Source: Bdellovibrionales bacterium
Lineage (GTDB): Bacteria > Pseudomonadota > Alphaproteobacteria > Micavibrionales > Micavibrionaceae
Assembly (NCBI GenBank): GCA_037969235.1
Contig: JBBKXA010000091.1
Span: 3,627 to 67,626 of the forward strand
Direction: 5' to 3'
Length of the DNA stretch: 64,000 bases
Both the position numbers and the translations under genes were made by a program. Shown here in pieces: positions 18,992 to 30,673 of this stretch (its first letter is position 1; the number at the start of each line of letters is the position of its first letter). The notes below the pieces were generated by a model that made no database searches, was not told the origin of the DNA, and worked only from the letters and a program-made list of their open reading frames with translations.

Positions 18992-20778
18992 TGAGAATAT
19001 TTTTATTATGTGCGTTTTTATTCCTCGCTCTACCTGCACAGGCGCAGGAAAATCTGGATTACTCCGCATTTCGTAACATCCCGATCCAGCATGAAGGGCG
19101 CATAAAGCCCCTGCAAAGCTTTGCCGCCATCACAATGAAGACCCTGTCCGGTGATGAGCAAGACGCCAATGCATGGCTTGCGCAAGTATTATTCGACCCA
19201 CAAAGCGCCGCAGAGCGCCCAATTATTCGCATTGAAAACAAAGCCACGCTTGAAAAATTAGGGTTGGATTCAAAACAAAATCTCTTCAGCCTCACCACCC
19301 TCAAGCCTGCGCTCGATCAAACACAAAACGATGTGCAAGCCTTGCTCGCCAAAGACAATCGCACCGACAATGAAAACGCACTTCTAGCTGTTCATGAAAA
19401 AGCGGCGATTTTGATAGAAATCATGCGCAGTTTCTCAGCCCTCCTCCCACTCGAAATCATTGTGCCACCGCCCTATACTAATGAAATAGGCTCGCCCGTA
19501 ACCTATTGGGAATTATCCTCCATTGCGCAACAAATCAACGCAGATATAAAAAATATTATCAGTAAAAAAGGACAAGACCCGAACACGTACACCCCTGATG
19601 AAATGGCAACTGCCAAAATGGGGTATCAAATACAAATGCTTGAGAATGCGGGGCGGCAAAATGAAATACTGCGTGTTATTCCTGCAAGCTGGAACGATTC
19701 ATCAGAATTTTTCTCACCTTGGGCGTTGCTCAATAATGGTCAAGGCTCTCTACAAAGCGCTTTTGCTTTTTCATTGTGGCAGGATTTAGCGCGTAGCTAT
19801 CGCGAAAGCGATGTCCAAAATTGGCTAAAAATTTCACAACAAATCCAAGACTTCACCCTAAACGAGCGTCCAGATATAAAGAGCGATAAATTTCAAATTG
19901 AACATTTTTATCACAATGTCTCATTATATATATACGCCATACTCGCATATGCTTTGGTTATAATCTTCATACGAAAACCCTATGCACGCATTCCTGTTAT
20001 TACAACAGCCATAGCCATAGCCATTCATATTACTGCTATGGCACTACGCATATATATTCTTGATCGCGCGCCTGTGGGCACTTTATATGAATCCTTACTG
20101 TTCGTCTCACTTATCTGTGCGTTAATCGGGTTAACGATCACGTTCAAACGAAAATCCCTCACCCCGTTAATCGCTGGCAACATCTCGGCCATTGGTCTTT
20201 TATTAATGGCACCTCTTTTCGCCCCTCAAGGTGATTCTCTCGAAGTGCTCGTGGCTGTACTCAACACCAATTTCTGGCTCACCACGCATGTGCTATGCAT
20301 CACCGCCGGATACGGCGCTTGCATCCTTGCAGCTGTACTGGCGCATGTCGGCTTATACAAACGCAAAAATAATAACGGCGACATCCGTATACAAAAAAAC
20401 ATCTACCAGCTTTCTCTCCTCGCGCTTCTACTCACAGCCTTAGGCACCGCGTTAGGTGGAATATGGGCAGATCAAAGCTGGGGGCGTTTTTGGGGATGGG
20501 ATCCCAAAGAAAACGGCGCTCTACTCATTGTGCTTTGGCTCATATGGGCACAACATGGCCGCGCATCCGACCACTTAAAGCCCGCAGCCTTCATGGCCGC
20601 TATCGCCGCACTCAATATTATCGTTGCGCTATCATGGTTTGGCGTGAACCTGCTCAATGTCGGCTTGCACTCGTACGGGTTTACTTCACAATTATTAGGA
20701 GGACTGATTGCTTTTTGTTTGATTGAGACTATCCTTATTGCATGGTTGATGTTGCGTATTAAAAGGACGAAATCATGA
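18988..20778 (+). CDS. ccsA: Cytochrome c-type biogenesis protein CcsA (System II heme-handling subunit) with a long N-terminal periplasmic extension
   Basis: It has the signal peptide 'MMRIFLLCAFLFLALPAQA' and the N-terminal motif 'HEGRIKPLQSFA'. The tryptophan-rich WWD motif 'WGRFWGWDPKENGALL' is flanked by TM histidines ('TTHVLCI', 'GLHSYGF'). Confidence 0.85.
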   Translation: MMRIFLLCAFLFLALPAQAQENLDYSAFRNIPIQHEGRIKPLQSFAAITMKTLSGDEQDANAWLAQVLFDPQSAAERPIIRIENKATLEKLGLDSKQNLFSLTTLKPALDQTQNDVQALLAKDNRTDNENALLAVHEKAAILIEIMRSFSALLPLEIIVPPPYTNEIGSPVTYWELSSIAQQINADIKNIISKKGQDPNTYTPDEMATAKMGYQIQMLENAGRQNEILRVIPASWNDSSEFFSPWALLNNGQGSLQSAFAFSLWQDLARSYRESDVQNWLKISQQIQDFTLNERPDIKSDKFQIEHFYHNVSLYIYAILAYALVIIFIRKPYARIPVITTAIAIAIHITAMALRIYILDRAPVGTLYESLLFVSLICALIGLTITFKRKSLTPLIAGNISAIGLLLMAPLFAPQGDSLEVLVAVLNTNFWLTTHVLCITAGYGACILAAVLAHVGLYKRKNNNGDIRIQKNIYQLSLLALLLTALGTALGGIWADQSWGRFWGWDPKENGALLIVLWLIWAQHGRASDHLKPAAFMAAIAALNIIVALSWFGVNLLNVGLHSYGFTSQLLGGLIAFCLIETILIAWLMLRIKRTKS

Positions 20779-21356
20779 AAAGAATATCCGTCATTATAAA
20801 TATAAGCGCCCTAATCGGCGCATGCCTTCTGGCCTACGCTCTGACGGTGCATTTCGCAAAAGCAAAACCGCAAAACATCACACAACCTGATACTCCGATT
20901 GAGCGATTAGAAAAAAATCAACCAGTTCCTGATTTCACCTTCAAAGACGCAAACGGCGCAGCCCACAACATCAATGATTTCAAAGGCAAAATTGTAATTC
21001 TAAACTTCTGGGCATCATGGTGCCCACCATGCATCAAAGAATTCCCTCATTTCATAAGCGCGGCCAAAGAATTTAACGAAAAAGTCGTTTTCGTCGGCGT
21101 ATCCTCCGACCTTGACCAAACCGCTATGAACACCTTCATGAGCAAAATAAAACTGCCAGAATCAAACAAAAATTTTTATGTGACACTCGATGATAATGGT
21201 GCGATCACTAAAGATATATTCCAAACTCTACGCCTACCCGAAACCATTCTCATTGATACTAACGGCATCATGCGATCCAAAATTATTGGCGCGAATTGGG
21301 ACTATGATGATCTGAAAACACAAATTGCAACCTTGCTTAACTTGCAAGAAAATTAG
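20775..21356 (+). CDS. TlpA/ResA-like membrane-anchored thioredoxin (thiol:disulfide oxidoreductase)
   Basis: An N-terminal anchor is followed by 'ILNFWASWCPPCIKEFP', a CxxC thioredoxin fold. Its start overlaps the ccsA stop (ATGA), indicating one operon. Confidence 0.85.
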   Translation: MKRISVIINISALIGACLLAYALTVHFAKAKPQNITQPDTPIERLEKNQPVPDFTFKDANGAAHNINDFKGKIVILNFWASWCPPCIKEFPHFISAAKEFNEKVVFVGVSSDLDQTAMNTFMSKIKLPESNKNFYVTLDDNGAITKDIFQTLRLPETILIDTNGIMRSKIIGANWDYDDLKTQIATLLNLQEN

Positions 21357-21457
21357 AGTAGAGAAAAATCGTATTTAATGATTCTTGATTTGCTCAAAAT
21401 AATGTATCATACCTTACTTGTTTCAAAATCTGCGCTACCGAAAAAGAAATCCAAATC

Positions 21458-24400
21458 ATGACTAAAAACCTCATCAAAGATGCTCTTGAATTACTCCCCG
21501 CTAGCGCCGCAAAAGGTGAGCGAGCCTTGCTTGAAGAACTGGCACAACATATGGTGCAAGATGATGCAAAACATTTTACGCCCGCGCTATTGGCACACGT
21601 AACTGAACAACATTGGGCGCTGGCGCAAAACCGCGACAGTGGCGAACCGAAACTAAAAATTTACTCCCCTCCCGAAGAAATGGGCGGATCACGCAAAACT
21701 ATTATTGATGTCGTAAGCGATGATCTTGCTTTTTTAGTGGATTCAATTGTCGCTGAAGTGAACAAAAATAATCTGTTGCTTGACCTTCTCATCCATCCCA
21801 TTCTTTACACATTATACGACAAAAACGGCGATCTACAGCGCACATCATTAGAGCCAAGCGAAGGCTATATCCGCCAAGCCCATGTCCACGTACAAATCAA
21901 AGATATCCCGCCCGAAGATGTACTCAAAGTTCTTGAAGATGGTCTATATACCGCGCTCAAAGATGTGCATTTATGCAACAAAGATTGGAAATCTATGCTT
22001 GAGCAGCTCAAGCAAGCCCGCCGCGATCTGGAAAACGCAAAGACTCGCCGTCCTTTAAAAGAAGTACAACAATATTGTGCTTTCTTAGATTATTTATACG
22101 AAAATAATTTCACTCTTTTAGGCTATCGCGAATATAAATTCATCAATTCTGGCGATAATGTTAAAAGCCAAACTATTAAAAATTCTGGCCTTGGCTTATT
22201 ACACAATGACGTCCGCCCCGCTTATATCAGCGAAAGCGATGAAGGCTTACCACGTAGCTTACAAGAAAAACGAAAATCTCTGCCGCCCTTATCAATTTCA
22301 AAAACCAATCGATTGTCCACCGTTCATCGACGCGTGCCAATGGATGCAATTGCCGTAAAAACATACGACAAAGACGGCAACGTTTCAGGCGAGAAATTAT
22401 TCCTCGGCCTCTTCACTTCCGTGACCTATTCCCGCAGCGTTGGCGATGTGCCTTATCTTCGTGAAAAAGTTCAGGAAGTCATGGATATGGCCAACTTGCT
22501 TGAAGGCTCACACGATCGCAAAGCACTGCGCCATATTTTGGAAAAATACCCCCGTGATGAACTCTTCCAAATTGATACTAAAGAACTTTTGAAAATTGCC
22601 ACAAGCATTCTGCACCTTCAAGAACGCCAACGCATAGCATTATTTATGCGTAAAGACCCTTTCCGCCGCTATGTTTCTGCGCTTGTGTATATTCCGCGTG
22701 ATCGTTTCGGCACCGATTTACGCATTAAAATGTGCGATATTTTAGAATATGAACTGGGCGGAAAATGCGACACGTTTTATACATCACTTGATGATTCCGT
22801 ATTTGCGCGTGTGATGTTTATTATCAACATCGCGCAAAATAATGATCATAAAATTGACACACCGCGTCTTGAAAAATTATTACAAGAAGCGGGAGAAACT
22901 TGGCCAGAACTCCTAAGCAGCGCCTTGGCAGAAAGCTATGACAGCGAAGGTGACATTGCACGCCTAGCCCAAAAATACGGTAACGCGTTTGGCGTTGGAT
23001 ACATCGCGCGCTACCGCGCAAAACAAGCCATCTTTGATATCCAAAAAACAGAAAATGTGCTCGACACTGTAACACTCAATCTTGATTTATATCGCACAAA
23101 CAAGCTTGAAGAAAATCAGCTACGTTTAAAAGTCTACAACCCCGAAATCCCACTCAACCTTTCTGATGTAATGCCAATTCTGGCCAATTTGGGATTACGC
23201 GCGATCTCCGAACTTCCGTTCCACATCACGCCAGATTGTGTAAAATGCGGCGTTTGGATGCATGACTTTTTATTGGAACGCGCAAAAGGAACAGCTTCAT
23301 TTGAAATTGAAACTGTTAAAAAGAATTTCGAAGAAGGCTTTGGAAAAATCTGGGCTGGGAAAATGGAAAATGATGGTCTAAACAGCCTGATTCTTTCCGC
23401 GAACATGAATTGGCGCGAAATTGTTATTTTGCGCACCTATGTGCGTTACCTTAAGCAAATACGCTATCATTTCAGCCGGCCTTACGTTGAAAAAGCGCTT
23501 ACACAAAATCCAAAGATCGCGCATTTATTGGTCGCTCTATTCGAAGCATTTTTAAACCCCGATAATAAAAAAGCGGCTGGCAAAACAGCCTCAAGCGTTG
23601 CTGAGGATATTGAAAAAGCACTCGAAGATGTCGATTCCCTCGACCAAGATCGAATCCTTAGAATGCTCAGCTCGCTTGTACACGCAACTTTGCGTACAAA
23701 CTATTATCAAACCAACAAAAACGGCGAGCCTAAACCCTGTCTGTCCATCAAGCTTGACAGTAAAATTGTACCTGAAATGCCAGAGCCGCGTCCTTATCGC
23801 GAGATTTTCGTCTATTCTCCTCGCGTGGAAGCCATTCATTTACGCGGTGATATCATCGCCCGTGGCGGCTTGCGCTGGTCTGACCGCGCCGAAGATTTCC
23901 GCACAGAAGTGCTCGGTCTCATGAAAGCGCAAATGGTTAAAAACGCCGTGATCGTACCTATGGGCTCCAAAGGCGGATTTGTCGTTAAAACACAAGGTCT
24001 CGAACGCAATGAATTTCGTGAAGAAGGCATTGAATGCTACAAAATATTTATCCGCGGCTTGCTCGATATTACCGACAACCGTAAAGGCACCAAAGTCATC
24101 CCCCCGAAAAACGTTGTACGTCGTGACGGCGATGATCCATACCTCGTAGTCGCCGCCGATAAAGGAACAGCCAGCTTTTCCGATATCGCCAACAGCATAT
24201 CACGTGAATACGGGTTCTGGCTCGATGATGCTTTCGCATCTGGCGGCTCCGCTGGATATGACCACAAAGAGATGGGCATCACCGCACGCGGTGCATGGGA
24301 ATCTGTAAAATTACATTTCCGCCAGCTTAACCATAACATCCAAGAACAAAGCTTTGACGTCACAGGCGTCGGCGATATGGGCGGCGATGTGTTTGGTAAC

Positions 24401-26251
24401 GGCATGTTGCTATCCAAACATATCCGCTTAATCGGCGCGTTTAACCATCTGCATATTTTCTGTGATCCAGATCCAGACGAAAAAACATCATTTAAGGAAC
24501 GCAAACGACTATTCGATGGCGTTAAAGGTTGGGGTGAATATAACACCAAACTTTTATCCAAAGGTGGCCGCATATTTGACCGCAACGAAAAGACACTTCA
24601 CCTTACGCCTGAAATTAAAAAGCGTTTCGATATTGCCGAAGATAAAGTCTCCCCCACCGTGCTCATGAAAGCCATCCTTCAAGCGCGCACTGATCTGATG
24701 TGGTTTGGAGGTATTGGTACGTATATTAAAGGGCAACAAGAAACCAACGCCGATGTCGGCGACAAAGCCAACGACCATTTGCGCATCAACGGTAAAGACC
24801 TTCGCGCTAAAGTCATCGGTGAGGGCGCAAATCTCGCGACAACCCAACTCGGGCGCATAGAATTTGCGGAACATGGCGGAAAGCTTAACACTGATTTCAT
24901 TGACAATTCGGGCGGTGTAAATTCCTCAGACCTCGAAGTTAATATTAAAATCTTGCTGTCCGATGTCATGAACAATGATTCCAATAAGATGGACATCGAA
25001 TCCCGCAATACATTGCTCGAAAGCATGACCGAAGACATTGCCGAACTTGTTTTGCGCAACAATTATCAACAAGCGCAAGCGGTAAGTTTGGCTGAAATTC
25101 AATCCACCGAAAAACTCCAATTACAGGGTGATTTCATCCGTGATTTGGAACGCGAAAAAGTCCTCAGTCGTGAAATCGAATTTCTCCCCAACGAAGACAA
25201 AATCGACAAGCGCCTGCATTCGGGCAAAGGCATGACTCGCCCAGAACTCTGTGTTTTGATGTCATACGCAAAAATCACATTCACCAGAGATTTAATGGCT
25301 TCCGATATCCCGGAAAACCCGGATATGGAAGACTGGATCTTAAATTATTTCCCCGATGATTTGCGTGAGAAATACGAAACGGAAATTAAGCGTCACCGTT
25401 TGGCGCGTGAAATAGTCGCCACTTCAATGGCCAACTCCCTCGTTAACCGTATGGGTCCGACATTTTTAAAATCAAAAATGAATAAAACAGGCGCGAGCGC
25501 CGCCGAAATTGCCAAAGCCTACATCATTGTTCGCGATGTCTTCGACCTCCGTAGCCTATGGGATGCTTTAGAAGGCTTGGACAATATGGTTCCTGCCGAA
25601 GTACAGATGAAAGCAATGCGTGAAATTGCGCAATTATCCGAACATGCAGTATCTTGGTTCCTCACACGTCTGGGTTACGATTTAAAAATTGGCCGTGAAA
25701 TTGAAAATTTCGGCAATGGCGTCAAAACATTGGGCAAAAATCTCGGCAAATTACTCTCCCCCGAAATTAAAAAGAGCGTAGAACAACGCACTCAAGCCGA
25801 AATTAACAATGGCTTACCCAAAAAATTAGCAGAACAAATTGCCTTAATGCCTGTTCTGGCCTCTGCGTGCGATATCATCCGCATTTCTAATGAACAAGAC
25901 ACCGATATTTTGGAAACCGCGAAAGTATATTTTGCACTTGGCGAAGCTTTCTCCATCACATGGCTACGCCAACAGGCACGCTATATTACCTCCGATGACC
26001 AATGGCAAGCCGAAGCCACGCGCGGGCTTGTTGATCAGCTTTATGGCTGTCAAGCGGCGCTTACCATCCGCGTCCTCACCGACACAAAAAGCAAAAAAGG
26101 CGAAGACAAAGCAAAACTCTGGCTTGAGAAACACGACCATCAAGTGCGTCAACTTAAACCATTATTCAAAGACCTCCGCCGTGCCGGTACAATTGAACTC
26201 CCCATGCTGGTGATTGCCGAACAACGCTTGAACAATCTGGCTGGTCGTTAA
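21458..26251 (+). CDS. gdhZ: NAD-specific glutamate dehydrogenase, large (about 180 kDa) class
   Basis: The protein is 1597 aa long. The catalytic core carries 'RGGLRWSDRAEDFRTEVLGLMKAQMVKNAVIVPMGSKGGFV' and 'VTGVGDMGGDVFGNGML'. Confidence 0.9.
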   Translation: MTKNLIKDALELLPASAAKGERALLEELAQHMVQDDAKHFTPALLAHVTEQHWALAQNRDSGEPKLKIYSPPEEMGGSRKTIIDVVSDDLAFLVDSIVAEVNKNNLLLDLLIHPILYTLYDKNGDLQRTSLEPSEGYIRQAHVHVQIKDIPPEDVLKVLEDGLYTALKDVHLCNKDWKSMLEQLKQARRDLENAKTRRPLKEVQQYCAFLDYLYENNFTLLGYREYKFINSGDNVKSQTIKNSGLGLLHNDVRPAYISESDEGLPRSLQEKRKSLPPLSISKTNRLSTVHRRVPMDAIAVKTYDKDGNVSGEKLFLGLFTSVTYSRSVGDVPYLREKVQEVMDMANLLEGSHDRKALRHILEKYPRDELFQIDTKELLKIATSILHLQERQRIALFMRKDPFRRYVSALVYIPRDRFGTDLRIKMCDILEYELGGKCDTFYTSLDDSVFARVMFIINIAQNNDHKIDTPRLEKLLQEAGETWPELLSSALAESYDSEGDIARLAQKYGNAFGVGYIARYRAKQAIFDIQKTENVLDTVTLNLDLYRTNKLEENQLRLKVYNPEIPLNLSDVMPILANLGLRAISELPFHITPDCVKCGVWMHDFLLERAKGTASFEIETVKKNFEEGFGKIWAGKMENDGLNSLILSANMNWREIVILRTYVRYLKQIRYHFSRPYVEKALTQNPKIAHLLVALFEAFLNPDNKKAAGKTASSVAEDIEKALEDVDSLDQDRILRMLSSLVHATLRTNYYQTNKNGEPKPCLSIKLDSKIVPEMPEPRPYREIFVYSPRVEAIHLRGDIIARGGLRWSDRAEDFRTEVLGLMKAQMVKNAVIVPMGSKGGFVVKTQGLERNEFREEGIECYKIFIRGLLDITDNRKGTKVIPPKNVVRRDGDDPYLVVAADKGTASFSDIANSISREYGFWLDDAFASGGSAGYDHKEMGITARGAWESVKLHFRQLNHNIQEQSFDVTGVGDMGGDVFGNGMLLSKHIRLIGAFNHLHIFCDPDPDEKTSFKERKRLFDGVKGWGEYNTKLLSKGGRIFDRNEKTLHLTPEIKKRFDIAEDKVSPTVLMKAILQARTDLMWFGGIGTYIKGQQETNADVGDKANDHLRINGKDLRAKVIGEGANLATTQLGRIEFAEHGGKLNTDFIDNSGGVNSSDLEVNIKILLSDVMNNDSNKMDIESRNTLLESMTEDIAELVLRNNYQQAQAVSLAEIQSTEKLQLQGDFIRDLEREKVLSREIEFLPNEDKIDKRLHSGKGMTRPELCVLMSYAKITFTRDLMASDIPENPDMEDWILNYFPDDLREKYETEIKRHRLAREIVATSMANSLVNRMGPTFLKSKMNKTGASAAEIAKAYIIVRDVFDLRSLWDALEGLDNMVPAEVQMKAMREIAQLSEHAVSWFLTRLGYDLKIGREIENFGNGVKTLGKNLGKLLSPEIKKSVEQRTQAEINNGLPKKLAEQIALMPVLASACDIIRISNEQDTDILETAKVYFALGEAFSITWLRQQARYITSDDQWQAEATRGLVDQLYGCQAALTIRVLTDTKSKKGEDKAKLWLEKHDHQVRQLKPLFKDLRRAGTIELPMLVIAEQRLNNLAGR

Positions 26252-27168
26252 AATACTTTAAAATGCAAAGCGCTTAGAATAACCACCGCGAGGATAATTA
26301 ATCCTAAATCGCGGTTGGATTTAAATGTCTCTAACGCGCTTTCGGGGTCATCAATATCCCATTGATAAAGCTGCCAAGCTAAATGCGCGCCAATAATCAC
26401 TAACCCTGGCAATGCGAGCAGATTTACCCCCGCCAGCGCAAACGCCAGCGATAAGCATAAAATCATGCCGAAATAAAACGCCCCCACCCACATCTTGCTT
26501 GCACGTCCAAAAATCAGCGCAGTAGACTTCACCCCCACTAACGCATCATCTTCTTTATCCTGATGCGCATAAATCGTATCATAGCCCAAAGTCCACAATA
26601 TTGCCGCGCTATAGAGCAAAAAAGGCGCGAGCGCTATATCATCCATCACTGCACTCCAACCCATTAATGCGCCAAAATTAAAGGTCATCCCCAAAATCAA
26701 TTGTGGCCAATTGGTAAAGCGTTTAGCCAGTGGATAGGCAACAATAAGCGGAATCACAAGCAAACCTTGTAAAATCACTGTCCCATTCATCATAATCAAA
26801 ATACAAAACCCGCCAAACAGCAACGCGCTTAAAAACACAATCGCACCCGCAATCGAAATCTCCCCCGATGCGATCGGCCTAACCGCCGTGCGCTCAATCA
26901 AGGCGTCAATCTTGCGATCCCATAAATCATTAATCACGCATCCCGCGCTGCGCATCACAATGGCACCCAGCGTAAATAAAATCGCAAGCCAGATCGCCCT
27001 AAATGAAAAAACACCCGCCGCGCCATAAGCCAAAGCCATGCTCCAAAAACACGGCAATAGCAAAAGCCATATCCCAATCGGACGATCAAGCCGCGCCAAA
27101 TACACGTACGGCCTATATCGCTCAGGTAGATTTTCAATCCATTGTAATTGCCGCATATCCGTAAACAT
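26248..27168 (-). CDS. ubiA: 4-hydroxybenzoate polyprenyltransferase (UbiA)
   Basis: Asp-rich motifs 'NDLWDRKIDALIERT' and 'YAHQDKEDD' are present in a 9-TM-like layout. The track ORF extends to 27237, but 'MFTDMRQLQ...' at 27168 or 27156 is the more plausible start. Confidence 0.85.
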   Translation of the reverse strand: MFTDMRQLQWIENLPERYRPYVYLARLDRPIGIWLLLLPCFWSMALAYGAAGVFSFRAIWLAILFTLGAIVMRSAGCVINDLWDRKIDALIERTAVRPIASGEISIAGAIVFLSALLFGGFCILIMMNGTVILQGLLVIPLIVAYPLAKRFTNWPQLILGMTFNFGALMGWSAVMDDIALAPFLLYSAAILWTLGYDTIYAHQDKEDDALVGVKSTALIFGRASKMWVGAFYFGMILCLSLAFALAGVNLLALPGLVIIGAHLAWQLYQWDIDDPESALETFKSNRDLGLIILAVVILSALHFKVF

Positions 27169-27255
27169 GCTTTTATGAAACACCAAGTTAATGGTGATTA
27201 CAAGGAAGATTGAGAATACAAAACCATGCGCGAACATTATAAAAAATTCTATAAA

Positions 27256-27951
27256 ATGCCTCGATGCTATACCGAATCTGACCTGCGCGAAGGCGGTGAA
27301 ATTACACTCGACTCAGTAAAATTGCACCATATCGGCACAGTCTTACGCCTTGGCGTTGGCGCAAATATTCGCATGTTCAACACACGAGACGGCGAATGGC
27401 TGGCAGAAATTATTACCCTCAATAAAAAAAACGGCGCGTTAAAATTAATCGAATGCATAAAACCACAGCCAACAAAGCCCGAGCCTTTGCGCCTGTTATT
27501 CGCACCCATTAAGAAAAACCGCATGGATTTCCTCATCGAAAAAGCTGTGGAATTAGGCGTAACCGGTCTATATCCCGTTATTACAGCGCGCACACAAATC
27601 GGCAAAATCAACGAAGCAAAAATCAATGCGCAAATTATTGACACCATTCAACAATGCGAACGTCTGCATCGCCCCACGCTCCACCTACCTCAGAAATTAA
27701 AAACGGCGCTCACAGCATGGAAACACGAAAGCAACATATGCTGGGCCGCAGAACGCCACGATGGTGCGTATATTAAAACCATAAACAACCCACGGGCTTT
27801 CCTAATCGGCCCCGAAGGCGGCTTCGATGATTCTGAAAATGCTTTTTTATCATCACTAAAACACGTGCAACCCGTGTCTTTGGGAGAAAATATTTTACGC
27901 GCCGAAACCGCCGCGCTCTTCTGCTTAGCACAAGCAAGCACATTGACGTAA
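27256..27951 (+). CDS. rsmE: 16S rRNA (uracil1498-N3)-methyltransferase RsmE
   Basis: It has an N-terminal PUA-like region and the C-terminal SPOUT knot motif 'FLIGPEGGF...LGENILRAETAA'. The start is chosen at 'MPRCY'; the track ORF starts at 27226. Confidence 0.85.
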   Translation: MPRCYTESDLREGGEITLDSVKLHHIGTVLRLGVGANIRMFNTRDGEWLAEIITLNKKNGALKLIECIKPQPTKPEPLRLLFAPIKKNRMDFLIEKAVELGVTGLYPVITARTQIGKINEAKINAQIIDTIQQCERLHRPTLHLPQKLKTALTAWKHESNICWAAERHDGAYIKTINNPRAFLIGPEGGFDDSENAFLSSLKHVQPVSLGENILRAETAALFCLAQASTLT

Positions 27952-28085
27952 GGCGAAACAAAATAAAGCCACAAAAAAGTCATTTTCTCTTGCTTTTCCG
28001 CTCTATTCTCCCTAAGTGTATTGCGGTATAGTGTTAAGAAAAAAACACCTGTGAAATTTTACCTACACTCTAATTTACAAAGATT

Positions 28086-28937
28086 ATGCGCATGTACAAA
28101 AAGCTAAAAACACTGTCAATCGCCCTAATTTCCATGATCACAGCCAGTTTGGCATCCTTTGCCCACGCCGCAGAGGGTGAACCAGTACCGTGGCAAATGG
28201 GCTTTCAACCTGCCGCGTCAATGTCGGCAACGCGCATCGATGATTTTCACACCTTGTTGCTTTGGATCATTACTGCCATTGCGCTATTTGTCTTAGTTTT
28301 GCTAATTTGGGTGATTGTCCGCTATAACTCCAAAGTAAATCCGGTACCCGCGCAATTCACCCATAATGTTATGATCGAAGTCTTGTGGACCGTTATCCCC
28401 GTGGTGATTTTGATTATCATCGCCATTCCGTCTTTCAAAATTTTGTATTTAAATGACAGCGTTGTAAATCCTGAGATGACATTAAAGATCACGGGTCGCC
28501 AATGGTACTGGGACTATGAATATCCCGACCAAGACGGCATCGCATTTTCTTCATATATGATCGCCGACAAAGAAATCACGAGCGACCAAACCCGTTTATT
28601 ATCAACAACCAATCCCGTTATACTCCCGATCGACACCAATATTGTTTTCCAAATTACAGGCGGTGACGTGTTGCATTCATGGACAATCCCCGCCTTTGGC
28701 GTTAAAATGGACGCTGTCCCCGGACGTTTAAACGAGACATGGGTTCGCATTGATAAACCCGGCACATATTATGGTCAATGCTCTGAGCTTTGCGGTAAAG
28801 ACCACGCCTACATGCCCATCGAAATTCACGCTGTTTCAAAAGAAGAGTTTGAAGCATGGGTAACCACAGCCAAAGAAGAATTCGCATCTTTAAAAGACGC
28901 GCAAAAACTAATCCAGCTTGCTGGTTTTCAAAATTAA
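28086..28937 (+). CDS. ctaC: Cytochrome c oxidase subunit II (aa3-type)
   Basis: A signal peptide and two TM segments are followed by 'HSWTIPAFGVKMDAVPGR'. The CuA site 'CSELCGKDHAYMP' is present. Confidence 0.95.
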   Translation: MRMYKKLKTLSIALISMITASLASFAHAAEGEPVPWQMGFQPAASMSATRIDDFHTLLLWIITAIALFVLVLLIWVIVRYNSKVNPVPAQFTHNVMIEVLWTVIPVVILIIIAIPSFKILYLNDSVVNPEMTLKITGRQWYWDYEYPDQDGIAFSSYMIADKEITSDQTRLLSTTNPVILPIDTNIVFQITGGDVLHSWTIPAFGVKMDAVPGRLNETWVRIDKPGTYYGQCSELCGKDHAYMPIEIHAVSKEEFEAWVTTAKEEFASLKDAQKLIQLAGFQN

Positions 28938-28945
28938 AACGATAG

Positions 28946-30556
<1,611 letters not shown>

Positions 30557-30577
30557 ACACGGCGCACATAAGAAACG

Positions 30578-30609
30578 AAAACCCCGACCTTTAAAATCGG
30601 GGTTTTTTA
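30578..30609 (+). terminator. Rho-independent terminator after ctaD
   Basis: The sequence 'aaaaccccga-cctttaaaa-tcggggtttttt' forms a perfect GC-containing stem followed by a T-run. Confidence 0.75.
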
Positions 30610-30673
30610 TATATTATCCACCGCTTATAGGAGTCATAATCCAAAAATATTGCATTAAGACGCAAAATTTGCT

